Shown: positions 21,174 to 30,031 of the stretch, piece by piece
How the letters are laid out: the number at the start of each line of letters is the position of its first letter
Numbering within the stretch: the stretch's first letter is position 1
From: Prolixibacteraceae bacterium
Lineage (GTDB): Bacteria; Bacteroidota; Bacteroidia; Bacteroidales; Prolixibacteraceae
Reading direction: 5' to 3'
NCBI GenBank assembly: GCA_027858715.1
Contig: JAQICD010000118.1
Coordinates: 7,730 to 71,729, forward strand
DNA length: 64,000 nucleotides
Translations under genes and position numbers: made by a program
Notes under the pieces: model-generated
Databases searched by the model: none
The model's input: the letters and a program-made list of their open reading frames with translations, nothing else
What the model was told of the DNA's origin: nothing

Positions 21174-21338
21174 ATGAAATCATTGAAACAACGCATATAT
21201 CACCCACTGGAAACTATCGCACATAGCAGTATTAATATTCATATTTTCAGATATTTACGAAGCCAGCATTCTTTATTGTTGGCTTTTTTTATGCACCATA
21301 ACAACAAAAACAAGATAACATGCACCCAAAAAATTTAA
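21174..21338 (+). CDS. Putative pyrBI leader peptide (54 aa)
   Basis: ATG 21174 lies just after a TAATTTTG promoter (21159-21166). The frame stays open through the attenuator hairpin to TAA 21336-21338. Confidence 0.45.
   Translation: MKSLKQRIYHPLETIAHSSINIHIFRYLRSQHSLLLAFFMHHNNKNKITCTQKI
21260..21290 (+). terminator. Attenuator-type terminator upstream of pyrB
   Basis: AAGCCAGCA/TGTTGGCTT stem plus T7, about 30 nt before pyrB and downstream of a promoter motif. Confidence 0.7.
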
Positions 21339-22231
21339 TTTCGATTACCGATTTTACCAAAGACGATTATTTGCGAATAATGGAACTGGCTGCTGAATTT
21401 GAAAATGAACCCAACCAGAATCTGTTAAACGGCAAAATCGTTGCAACGTTATTTTACGAGCCATCTACACGCACTCGAATCAGTTTCGAAACAGCCATAA
21501 CCAGACTTGGAGGAAGAATTGTTGGTTTTACAGATTCATCATCCTCAAGTGTGAGCAAGGGCGAAACTCTGCATGATACCATTCGTATGGTAAGCAATTA
21601 TGTTGATATGATTGTGATGCGCCACCCTTTGGAAGGCAGCGCCCGATATGCCAGTCAGATTGCTGATGTGCCGGTTATCAATGCCGGCGACGGAGCCAAT
21701 CAGCATCCAACCCAAACCTTGCTGGATATGTATTCAATTATGAAAACCCAGGGAAGGCTCGATAATATAAATATTTTTCTGGTTGGCGACTTGAAGTACG
21801 GACGTACGGTACACTCTCTATTACAAGCCTTGTCGGTTTTCGAAAATCCAATTTTTAATTTTATTGCTCCGCCAGAGCTAGCTATGCCCATCGAATATAA
21901 ACGTTATCTCGACGAAAAGGGAATAAGGTATTTTGAGCATAATGAATTTACCAATATAATTTCCGAAGCCGATATAATTTATATGACCCGGGTTCAGAAA
22001 GAACGATTTACGGATCCGATGGAGTACGAAAAAGTAAAAAATGTTTACATCCTCAGAAATAATATGCTTGAAAACACCAAACCTACTATGAAAATTCTGC
22101 ATCCGCTACCAAGAGTTAACGAAATACATACCGACGTTGATGCCAACCCAAAAGCCTATTACTTTACACAGGCTCTTAACGGTATGTACACCCGAGAGGC
22201 GATAATTTCACATATAATAGGACTTAAATAA
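21320..22231 (+). CDS. pyrB: Aspartate carbamoyltransferase catalytic subunit
   Basis: [32 protein letters not shown]. Confidence 0.97.
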   Translation: MHPKNLISITDFTKDDYLRIMELAAEFENEPNQNLLNGKIVATLFYEPSTRTRISFETAITRLGGRIVGFTDSSSSSVSKGETLHDTIRMVSNYVDMIVMRHPLEGSARYASQIADVPVINAGDGANQHPTQTLLDMYSIMKTQGRLDNINIFLVGDLKYGRTVHSLLQALSVFENPIFNFIAPPELAMPIEYKRYLDEKGIRYFEHNEFTNIISEADIIYMTRVQKERFTDPMEYEKVKNVYILRNNMLENTKPTMKILHPLPRVNEIHTDVDANPKAYYFTQALNGMYTREAIISHIIGLK

Positions 22232-22240
22232 TCTGATATT

Positions 22241-22693
22241 ATGGATAAAGCATTACAAGTTAGCGCAATAAAAGATGGTACTGTAATTGACCATATACCT
22301 GCAGAGAGGCTTTTCGATGTTATAAATATTCTTGAACTCGACAGCTGCCGCGATATGATTACATTTGGTACGAACCTCGATAGTAAACGTTTAGGGTTAA
22401 AAGCTATTATCAAGGTTGCCAATCGGTTTTTCCAGGGGCAGGAAATTAATAAAATTGCTCTTATAGCACCAAATGCAAAACTCAACACCATAAAAAATTA
22501 TCACGTGGTTGAGAAAAGAGTTGTTGAAATACCATCGGAGATAACAAACATTGTTAAATGTTTCAATCCTAAGTGTATTACCAATCACGAATCAATAACG
22601 ACTCGCTTTAAGGTTGAATCAAAAAAACCAATCGAACTTCGTTGTATGTATTGCGAAAAGATCACCAGCGAAAAACAGGTGGTTATCAGATAA
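22241..22693 (+). CDS. pyrI: Aspartate carbamoyltransferase regulatory subunit
   Basis: VSAIKDGTVIDHIP; Zn ligands CFNPKC and CMYC. Confidence 0.96.
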   Translation: MDKALQVSAIKDGTVIDHIPAERLFDVINILELDSCRDMITFGTNLDSKRLGLKAIIKVANRFFQGQEINKIALIAPNAKLNTIKNYHVVEKRVVEIPSEITNIVKCFNPKCITNHESITTRFKVESKKPIELRCMYCEKITSEKQVVIR

Positions 22694-22714
22694 TTATAAA
22701 ATAATTATTTAGAT

Positions 22715-23167
22715 ATGGATTCAGAAAAAATACTTGCAATAATTCAAAGTCTGCTAGATAAGCAACTAACACAAGATATAACACTTTTACAAATATGTAA
22801 AATTCTTCATTCGAATGTGGCTCACTACGATTGGGTTGGTTTTTACATTTTAGATGAAAGCAAAAAAAATCTGATTTTAGGATCTTACGTGGGCAAACCT
22901 ACCGAACATGTAAATATTTCCGTTGGAAAAGGCGTTTGTGGACAGGTTGCTGAAAGTGGTTCAACGATGATTGTTCAGGATGTTTCAAAAATGGACAACT
23001 ATATAGCTTGTAGCCTCGATGTTCAATCCGAAATTGTTGTCCCGGTAATTAAGAACGGCCGCTTTGTTGCCGAAATAGACATCGATTCGCACGCTTTTGC
23101 ACCATTTACTGAACGCGACGAAGATTTACTTAAAACAATTGCAGCAAAAATCAGCACGCTGTTTTAG
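22715..23167 (+). CDS. GAF-domain protein (free methionine-R-sulfoxide reductase-like)
   Basis: YDWVGFY, GKGVCG, IACS, SEIVVP, DIDS. Confidence 0.85.
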   Translation: MDSEKILAIIQSLLDKQLTQDITLLQICKILHSNVAHYDWVGFYILDESKKNLILGSYVGKPTEHVNISVGKGVCGQVAESGSTMIVQDVSKMDNYIACSLDVQSEIVVPVIKNGRFVAEIDIDSHAFAPFTERDEDLLKTIAAKISTLF

Positions 23168-23188
23168 ATTATTATAAGGGTAACTTGA

Positions 23189-24229
23189 TTATAGTTGTTG
23201 TTTAAGTGGTTCGGGATATTGCATTGTAATACAGTGTAATGACCCATGCTGTCGAATGAGAACAGAGCAATCTATAGGAACTATTTCTTTATCAGGAAAA
23301 GCTTTTGAAATTGCTTCAATAGCTGTACTGTCGGTTTTTATATTGTAAACCGGAAATAAGACAGCCTGATTAATAATTAAAAAATTGGCATATGTTGCCG
23401 GCAAACGATGGCCATCATCTGGGTCGAATACAGCTTCGGCCATGGGTAAAGGGAGGAGATCGTAAATTGAACCGTCGGGTTGTTTTAATGCTTTCAGTTC
23501 TTTTTCCATTGCCGATAAAGCTTCAAAATGTTCATCATTTTTATCTTTGCATTTAATGTAGGCAATTGTTTTTTCGTTGCAGAAGCGAGCTAGCGTATCG
23601 ATATGGCTGTCGGTATCGTCGCCTGCCAGATATCCGTTTTTTAGCCAGTGAATCTGTTCAACCCCAAAAAATTCTTTTAACTGATTTTCTATTTCTACTT
23701 TAGAGTAGCTATCGTTTCGGTTAGCCGATAACAGGCATTGTTCAGTTGTTAGTAAAGAACCACAGCCGTCCGATTCAATGCTGCCACCTTCGAGTATAAA
23801 CTGTTTTTGATTCGAATATAGAAAGTTCTTAAAAGCGCCTTCTTTATGAAGCTTGTGTGTTATCTGGTTGTCGAGGTCTGCCGTAAATTTTTCACCCCAT
23901 CCGTTGAAGCAAAAATCGTAAAGAACAGGTTTTCCGTTTTCAAAAACAGTTATTCCACCATGGTCGCGTGCCCAGGTATCGTTGCTTTGAATTTCAAAAA
24001 ACGAAATGTTGTTGATATTCGTATGCTTTAAAAGCTTTGAAACATGCGATTTTTTGGCACATACAACAATAAGTTGCTGTCTTTTTGATATTTCAGCAGC
24101 TATATTAACGAAGCACCGCTCAACCTCTTCGAGCAGGTAATTCCAATCAGAGTTGGAATGTGGCCAGGTAAGTTGAATCGCCTGTTGCTTGTGCCACTCG
24201 GCCGGTAAGATGATATTTTTGTCACTCAT
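23189..24229 (-). CDS. aguA: Agmatine deiminase family protein
   Basis: PAEW, DTWARDHG, LEGGSIESDG, DTDSHID, GSLHCITMQ. Confidence 0.9.
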   Translation of the reverse strand: MSDKNIILPAEWHKQQAIQLTWPHSNSDWNYLLEEVERCFVNIAAEISKRQQLIVVCAKKSHVSKLLKHTNINNISFFEIQSNDTWARDHGGITVFENGKPVLYDFCFNGWGEKFTADLDNQITHKLHKEGAFKNFLYSNQKQFILEGGSIESDGCGSLLTTEQCLLSANRNDSYSKVEIENQLKEFFGVEQIHWLKNGYLAGDDTDSHIDTLARFCNEKTIAYIKCKDKNDEHFEALSAMEKELKALKQPDGSIYDLLPLPMAEAVFDPDDGHRLPATYANFLIINQAVLFPVYNIKTDSTAIEAISKAFPDKEIVPIDCSVLIRQHGSLHCITMQYPEPLKQQL

Positions 24230-24265
24230 TTGTTAAAAATAAGTGCGAAGATAAAAAAAGAGTAA

Positions 24266-24793
24266 TTAGTTGCCTTCAATCCAATCAGTAATATCTTTGT
24301 CAAATGGCTTTGTGCGCGGTTTCGACCATCCGGCGATAGTGCCGTCGGGGTTAATCATGAATTTCTGAAAATTCCACTTAACATCACTTAATGTTGATGA
24401 AGTAAGCCACTCGTATATAGGGTGAATGTCGTCGCCTTTTACTGATATTTTTTCCATCATTGGAAAAGTGACCCCATAATTCACCTGGCAGAATTCGGCA
24501 ATTTCTTCGTTCGATCCGGGTTCCTGATTCATAAAATTGTTTGCTGGAAATCCAATAATCACAAAGTTTTGGTCTTTGTAAGTCTGGTATAGTTTTTCCA
24601 AATCTTCGTATTGTGGGGTTAGTCCACATTTCGAAGCTGTATTTACAACAAGTACTTTTTTACCTTCGAGTTGGCTCAATTCATATTTATTACCCGAAAT
24701 GTCGTTAACAGTAAATGAATGCAAGGTTTTTTCGTTTTGCGAGAACCCTAAAATGCTTATTAGAAGCGCTGCGATGATTATAATCTTCTTCAT
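24266..24793 (-). CDS. Glutathione peroxidase family protein, Cys-type, secreted
   Basis: VNTASKCGLTPQY, GFPANNF, WNFQKF; N-terminal signal peptide. Confidence 0.92.
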   Translation of the reverse strand: MKKIIIIAALLISILGFSQNEKTLHSFTVNDISGNKYELSQLEGKKVLVVNTASKCGLTPQYEDLEKLYQTYKDQNFVIIGFPANNFMNQEPGSNEEIAEFCQVNYGVTFPMMEKISVKGDDIHPIYEWLTSSTLSDVKWNFQKFMINPDGTIAGWSKPRTKPFDKDITDWIEGN

Positions 24794-24958
24794 TATTGAT
24801 AAAATTTTATCTTATTAGCTGCATTATTGCTTCTATTAAACATTGGTTTAATGTGATTGTTTTCGCAGACACAAAAAAAGTTGTTGAAAAGTATAAAGGT
24901 TTCTGTTCCTGTTTTACCCGCCGATTTTTTATATTTGAACCCAAATAAAGAAAGAAAA

Positions 24959-26065
24959 ATGAACGAATTTATTGTATCGGCACGAAAATACAGACCTTCT
25001 ACATTTTCGACAGTAGTTGGGCAAAAATCGATAACATCGACACTTAAAAATGCCATCAAAAACAATCAGATGGCTCATGCTTACTTGTTTTGCGGCCCAC
25101 GTGGTGTTGGTAAAACAACCTGTGCACGTATTTTTGCCAAAACAATAAATTGTCAAAATATAACCGATGACCACGAACCATGTAACGAATGCGAATCGTG
25201 TAAGGCTTTTAACGAAAATCGTTCATACAATATTCACGAACTTGATGCAGCGTCAAATAACTCGGTCGATGATATCAGGGTTTTAATTGACCAGGTGCGT
25301 GTTCCGCCTCAATTGGGGCATTACAGCGTGTATATCATCGACGAGGTACACATGCTGTCGTCATCGGCATTCAATGCTTTTCTGAAAACCCTTGAAGAGC
25401 CGCCAAAGCATGCAATTTTTATTTTAGCAACTACCGAAAAACACAAAATTTTGCCAACTATTTTATCACGTTGCCAAATTTTTGATTTTAACCGGATTAC
25501 TGTTACCGATATTACAGAGCATATTTTGCATGTCGCTAAAAATGAAAATGTGACCATCGAAGAAGCAGGTGTTAATGTAGTTGCGCATAAAGCAGATGGT
25601 GCAATGCGTGATGCGTTGTCAATTTTCGATCAGATTGTGAGTTTTTCGGGAAATAATATTAGTTATCAGGATGTTATTTCGAACCTTAATGTGCTTGATT
25701 ACGATTATTACTTTAAATTAACAGATTACTTCTTAACCAACCAGATTCCTGAAATTCTTAACACCTTCAACGATATTCTGAATAATGGATTCGACGGACA
25801 TCATTTTATAAATGGCCTGAGTACTCATTTTCGCGACATTTTGGTAAGTAAAGACACATCAACATACAAATTGCTTGAAGTGGGAGGGGAAATCCAGGAA
25901 AAATATAAAACACAGGCTACTTCGTGCGAGCAGGACTTTCTGCTTCTGGCACTGGAAATAGCCAATCAATGCGATTTGAGTTACAAAGCCAGTCAGAATA
26001 AGCGCTTGCTGGTTGAGCTTTCGTTAATAAAAATTGCACAAGCAGCGCAAAAAAAAAAGCCGTAA
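24959..26065 (+). CDS. dnaX: DNA polymerase III gamma/tau, frame-0 part (gamma-length, 368 aa)
   Basis: SARKYRP, GPRGVGKTT, DEVHML, SRC, GAMRDA. Ends QKKKP* at an A10 run. Confidence 0.95.
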   Translation: MNEFIVSARKYRPSTFSTVVGQKSITSTLKNAIKNNQMAHAYLFCGPRGVGKTTCARIFAKTINCQNITDDHEPCNECESCKAFNENRSYNIHELDAASNNSVDDIRVLIDQVRVPPQLGHYSVYIIDEVHMLSSSAFNAFLKTLEEPPKHAIFILATTEKHKILPTILSRCQIFDFNRITVTDITEHILHVAKNENVTIEEAGVNVVAHKADGAMRDALSIFDQIVSFSGNNISYQDVISNLNVLDYDYYFKLTDYFLTNQIPEILNTFNDILNNGFDGHHFINGLSTHFRDILVSKDTSTYKLLEVGGEIQEKYKTQATSCEQDFLLLALEIANQCDLSYKASQNKRLLVELSLIKIAQAAQKKKP

Positions 26066-26679
26066 AGGATGAGTCGGTAAAAGAACTTGACCCTATTTTT
26101 TCAGATTCAACACCAAAAACTGAAAAACCGGCCTCAGCACCTTTGGGCAGTAGTACACATACCCAGCCAACTACCCGGCAGCCAAAAACAGTTGTCCGCA
26201 AGCGTACTTCCGACATCGGTACACCATCAATTACACAGGCATTGAACGGTATTGCGAAAACGGAATCAAGTGAACCCCAAGCTACTAAAATCAATCAGGT
26301 TCAAGATAATCCAACTCAACAGGATAAGCCATTTACTAAAGTAGATGTACACCAGATATGGCCACAAATGGCAGAAAGGTATAAAGAACAAGTTCACTTG
26401 TTTAAAACGCTTGAAACTCTTCCAAATGTTAATGGAAACATAGTAATAATTGAAGTAGAAAATTCGGTACAACAAAACAAAATTAAGTTGATTAAACCCG
26501 AAATAATAGGATATTTGCGCCGCACGCTTCAAAATTCGAAAATTGATGTTCAGGAAGTGCTCAACAAATCGATAACCGAGAAAAAAGTATTGACGGATGA
26601 ACAGAAGTTGAAAATGATGATGCAGAAAAACCCTGCGCTAATGTTATTTAAAAATAAATTTAATCTCGATTTTAATTAG
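26059..26679 (+). CDS. dnaX: dnaX tau-specific C-terminal part in the -1 frame
   Basis: The -1 frame is open from the A10 run to 26679: Pro/Thr-rich linker, then ...KLKMMMQKNPALMLFKNKFNLDF, resembling Bacteroidota tau C-termini. Confidence 0.8.
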   Translation, partial: AVKDESVKELDPIFSDSTPKTEKPASAPLGSSTHTQPTTRQPKTVVRKRTSDIGTPSITQALNGIAKTESSEPQATKINQVQDNPTQQDKPFTKVDVHQIWPQMAERYKEQVHLFKTLETLPNVNGNIVIIEVENSVQQNKIKLIKPEIIGYLRRTLQNSKIDVQEVLNKSITEKKVLTDEQKLKMMMQKNPALMLFKNKFNLDFN

Positions 26680-26759
26680 CAAATGATATTCCATTAGTTT
26701 TATTTGACGAGAATTTATTAAATTGTTGATTCTTGATTTAAATTAAAAATTGATATACC

Positions 26760-27272
26760 ATGTTAAAAGAAAAAATGGAAAAAGCTCTGAATGAGCAAAT
26801 TAATAAAGAGTTATTCTCATCATATTTATACCTGTCGATGAGTGCATATTCGCAAACGCTTGGTTTACCAGGAGTTGCAAGCTGGATGAAAATTCAAGCC
26901 CAGGAAGAATTAACTCATGCTAACAAGTTTTTCGATTACATTCACGAACGCAATGGTAAAGTTACGCTTACTGCTATTGATGCTGTTGACAATGAATTTG
27001 GTAGTGTAACCAACATGTTCAAGAAGGTACTTGAACATGAACAGTTTGTTTCTGAGTCGATTAATAAACTGGTTGATATTTCAATTGAACTTAGTGACCA
27101 TGCAACACGCAGCATGCTTATGTGGTTTGTTGATGAACAGGTTGAAGAAGAAGCTTCGGTTCAGGATATTTTAGACCAGTTAGCAATGGTTGATGCAAAA
27201 GGTCATGGACTTTTCATGATAGACAAAGATTTGAGTACAAGAACTTTTGTTGACAATACTCAAGCTAAATAA
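26760..27272 (+). CDS. ftnA: Non-heme ferritin
   Basis: LNEQINKELFSSYLYLSMS, EELTHA, WFVDEQVEEE. Confidence 0.92.
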   Translation: MLKEKMEKALNEQINKELFSSYLYLSMSAYSQTLGLPGVASWMKIQAQEELTHANKFFDYIHERNGKVTLTAIDAVDNEFGSVTNMFKKVLEHEQFVSESINKLVDISIELSDHATRSMLMWFVDEQVEEEASVQDILDQLAMVDAKGHGLFMIDKDLSTRTFVDNTQAK

Positions 27273-27280
27273 AGCATTTA

Positions 27281-27324
27281 ATAGACATAAAAAAAGCGGC
27301 AAAAGCCGCTTTTTTTATGTCTAT
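27281..27324. terminator. Bidirectional terminator between ferritin and clpC
   Basis: Perfect 20-bp IR ATAGACATAAAAAAAGCGGC-AAAA-GCCGCTTTTTTTATGTCTAT. Confidence 0.9.
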
Positions 27325-29840
27325 TATTTTGTTTGTAACACTTTCATTTTGATTTTCTTGTTCTTTGAATCAAAACCTATTGAAATTGTATCACCTTCCG
27401 AAAGATTCGATTTTAGTATAACTTCTGCCATTTCATCTTCAAGCAGTTTCTGAATAGCCCTTTTCAACGGACGTGCACCATATTGTGGATCATATCCTTT
27501 TTTGGCAATAAAGTTTTTTGCAGCAGGTGAAATTTTTAGTTCGTAATTCAAGCTGCGTACCCTGTGAAATAAACCGGCCAGTTCAATATCAATAATCTTG
27601 CTGATGTCGTTTTCGGTTAACGGGTTAAACATTACAACATCGTCAACACGGTTCAAAAATTCGGGTGCAAAGGCCTTTTTAAGTGCTTTTTGTATTACAT
27701 GGCTTGTTTCACCTGGATCTCCGGCATCGGGTGCTGTAAAGCCAACACCACGACCAAATTCACTGAGTTGGCGCGAACCGATATTTGATGTCATGATTAC
27801 AATAGTATTTTTGAAATCAACCCTTCGTCCCAGACTGTCTGTTAAGCGCCCTTCGTCCATAACCTGGAGCAGAATATGAAATACATCGGGATGGGCTTTT
27901 TCTATTTCGTCGAGAAGTACAACCGAGTATGGTTTTCTTCTTATTTTTTCGGTAAGCTGTCCACCTTCTTCGTAACCTACATATCCCGGAGGAGCACCTA
28001 CCAGTCGCGAAACAGCGAATTTCTCCATGTATTCGCTCATGTCGATACGAATTAAGGCATCAGTTGTATCGAATAAATACTTTGCCAAAATTTTAGCCAG
28101 CTGAGTTTTTCCCACACCGGTAGGGCCAAGAAAAATAAAAGTTCCGATAGGTTTATTTGGATCTTTCAATCCTGCACGGTTGCGTTGTATTGCTCTTACG
28201 ATTTTTCCGATGGCCTGGTCTTGCCCAACTACCAAACCTTTAAGGTCTTTTCCCATGCTCAGTAGCTTTTTGCTTTCGGCCTGAGCAACGCGTTGCACCG
28301 GAATTCCCGACATCATAGCAACTACTTCGGCAACTTTATCATCCGAAACAGCCTCACGCTGGTTAATAAGCTCACGTTCCCAGTTTTCTTTTTCCTGTTC
28401 GAGCAACTGTATCAGGTTTTTTTCTTTATCGCGGTAGGTTGCGGCAAGTTCGAAATTTTGATTTTTCACCGCATTAATTTTTTCTTCGCGGGTTTCTTCA
28501 ATTTTATGCTCCAGCTTAATAATCGATTCAGGTACATTGATATTGGCAATATGCACACGCGAACCAGCTTCGTCCATTGCATCAATTGCTTTGTCGGGTA
28601 GGTGTCGGTCGGTAATGTACCGTTCGGTAAGCGTTACACATGCAGCAATTGCTTCATCGGTATAATAAACATTGTGGTGATCTTCGTATCTGATTTTAAT
28701 GTTGTTCAGAATCTGAATGGTTTCATCTACAGAAGTTGGTTCAATAATTATTTTTTGAAACCGGCGTTCAAGCGCACCATCTTTCTCAATGTTTTGTCGA
28801 TATTCGTCAAGTGTTGTTGCTCCAATGCATTGAATATCGCCACGTGCAAGAGCTGGCTTAAGCATATTTGCAGCATCGAGCGAGCCTGTTGCGCCACCAG
28901 CTCCAACAATAGTATGAATTTCGTCAATAAACAATATCACATTGTCAACTTTAGTCAGTTCGTTTAAAATGGCTTTCATTCTTTCTTCGAACTGTCCACG
29001 GTACTTCGTTCCGGCAACTATTGATGCCAAATCGAGTGTAACCACTCTTTTATCGAACAAAACTCTTGATACTTTTCTTTCGATTATACGAATGGCAAGG
29101 CCTTCGGCAATTGCCGATTTTCCGACACCCGGTTCACCTATTAAAATTGGGTTGTTCTTTTTGCGGCGACTTAAAATCTGTGCAAGTCTTTCAATTTCTT
29201 TATCCCTACCAACAATAGGGTCGAGGCTTCCTTCTTCGGCCGCTTGGGTAATGTCGATGCCAAAATTATCGAGAACCGGAGTTTGCGATTTAGAAGCTCC
29301 GCTTGGCTGGCTTCCACTCTGGGGTGGTTTTGGTGGAAAAAAGTCCGACTGATCATCGTCCGGCTCACCGGGAAAATCAGCTTTGCTCTCCGGGTTTGTT
29401 CTGCTCATCTCTTCGAGCTGCGATTTAACCACGTAATAACTAATATCGTATTCCTTTAGCATCTCAGTCAGTTCGGTACCCTGATCTTTTAATATAGCCA
29501 AAAGCAAATGGCCAGTATTAACAGGCACATTTCCCATTGAGCGTGCTTCAAGGTACACTAGTTTCAACGTTCGTTCAACCGATTTTAATAATTGAATTGG
29601 TTGCCCCGGGGGCAAACTGCTGTTTTCCTTGAATTCCAAGTCAATTTGTCTTTTAAGCTCCGAAAGATCAATGCCTATACTTTTCAGTAGGTTGTATGCA
29701 ACACCGTCGCCGTCTCTTAAAATACCCAGGAAAACATGTTCAGGACCTATATATTCGTTTCCAAGCCTAATGGCTTCTTCGCGGCTGTAGTTTAATACTT
29801 CTTTTATTTTTGGTGAAAATTTTGAATCCATACTTAACAT
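27324..29840 (-). CDS. clpC: ATP-dependent Clp protease ATP-binding subunit ClpC
   Basis: Clp-N repeats, GEPGVGKS, UVR coiled coil, GPTGVGKT, IGF loop variant VGF. Confidence 0.93.
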   Translation of the reverse strand: MLSMDSKFSPKIKEVLNYSREEAIRLGNEYIGPEHVFLGILRDGDGVAYNLLKSIGIDLSELKRQIDLEFKENSSLPPGQPIQLLKSVERTLKLVYLEARSMGNVPVNTGHLLLAILKDQGTELTEMLKEYDISYYVVKSQLEEMSRTNPESKADFPGEPDDDQSDFFPPKPPQSGSQPSGASKSQTPVLDNFGIDITQAAEEGSLDPIVGRDKEIERLAQILSRRKKNNPILIGEPGVGKSAIAEGLAIRIIERKVSRVLFDKRVVTLDLASIVAGTKYRGQFEERMKAILNELTKVDNVILFIDEIHTIVGAGGATGSLDAANMLKPALARGDIQCIGATTLDEYRQNIEKDGALERRFQKIIIEPTSVDETIQILNNIKIRYEDHHNVYYTDEAIAACVTLTERYITDRHLPDKAIDAMDEAGSRVHIANINVPESIIKLEHKIEETREEKINAVKNQNFELAATYRDKEKNLIQLLEQEKENWERELINQREAVSDDKVAEVVAMMSGIPVQRVAQAESKKLLSMGKDLKGLVVGQDQAIGKIVRAIQRNRAGLKDPNKPIGTFIFLGPTGVGKTQLAKILAKYLFDTTDALIRIDMSEYMEKFAVSRLVGAPPGYVGYEEGGQLTEKIRRKPYSVVLLDEIEKAHPDVFHILLQVMDEGRLTDSLGRRVDFKNTIVIMTSNIGSRQLSEFGRGVGFTAPDAGDPGETSHVIQKALKKAFAPEFLNRVDDVVMFNPLTENDISKIIDIELAGLFHRVRSLNYELKISPAAKNFIAKKGYDPQYGARPLKRAIQKLLEDEMAEVILKSNLSEGDTISIGFDSKNKKIKMKVLQTK

Positions 29841-30031
29841 TTTTTTATAGCGAAGCTAATATATATAAAATCCGCCCTTTAATTTAAATAAAATGCTTTA
29901 AATCTCTAATTGTTAATATATTTTTCAAGTATGTTAATATTTTCAATTAATCTCTTTAATAATGACTTCATAATTCTGGTATTTTTGTATTTTTAACCGT
30001 TTTTTGAAGTAATAAAGAAAGGATACATTAT

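Noticed and set aside
24266-24793. Selenocysteine in the glutathione peroxidase
   Set aside because: The active site is an ordinary Cys codon with no in-frame TGA.
26680-26700. Fur-box-like AAATGATATTCCATTAG upstream of ferritin
   Set aside because: Only a partial palindrome in AT-rich DNA; not distinguishable from chance.
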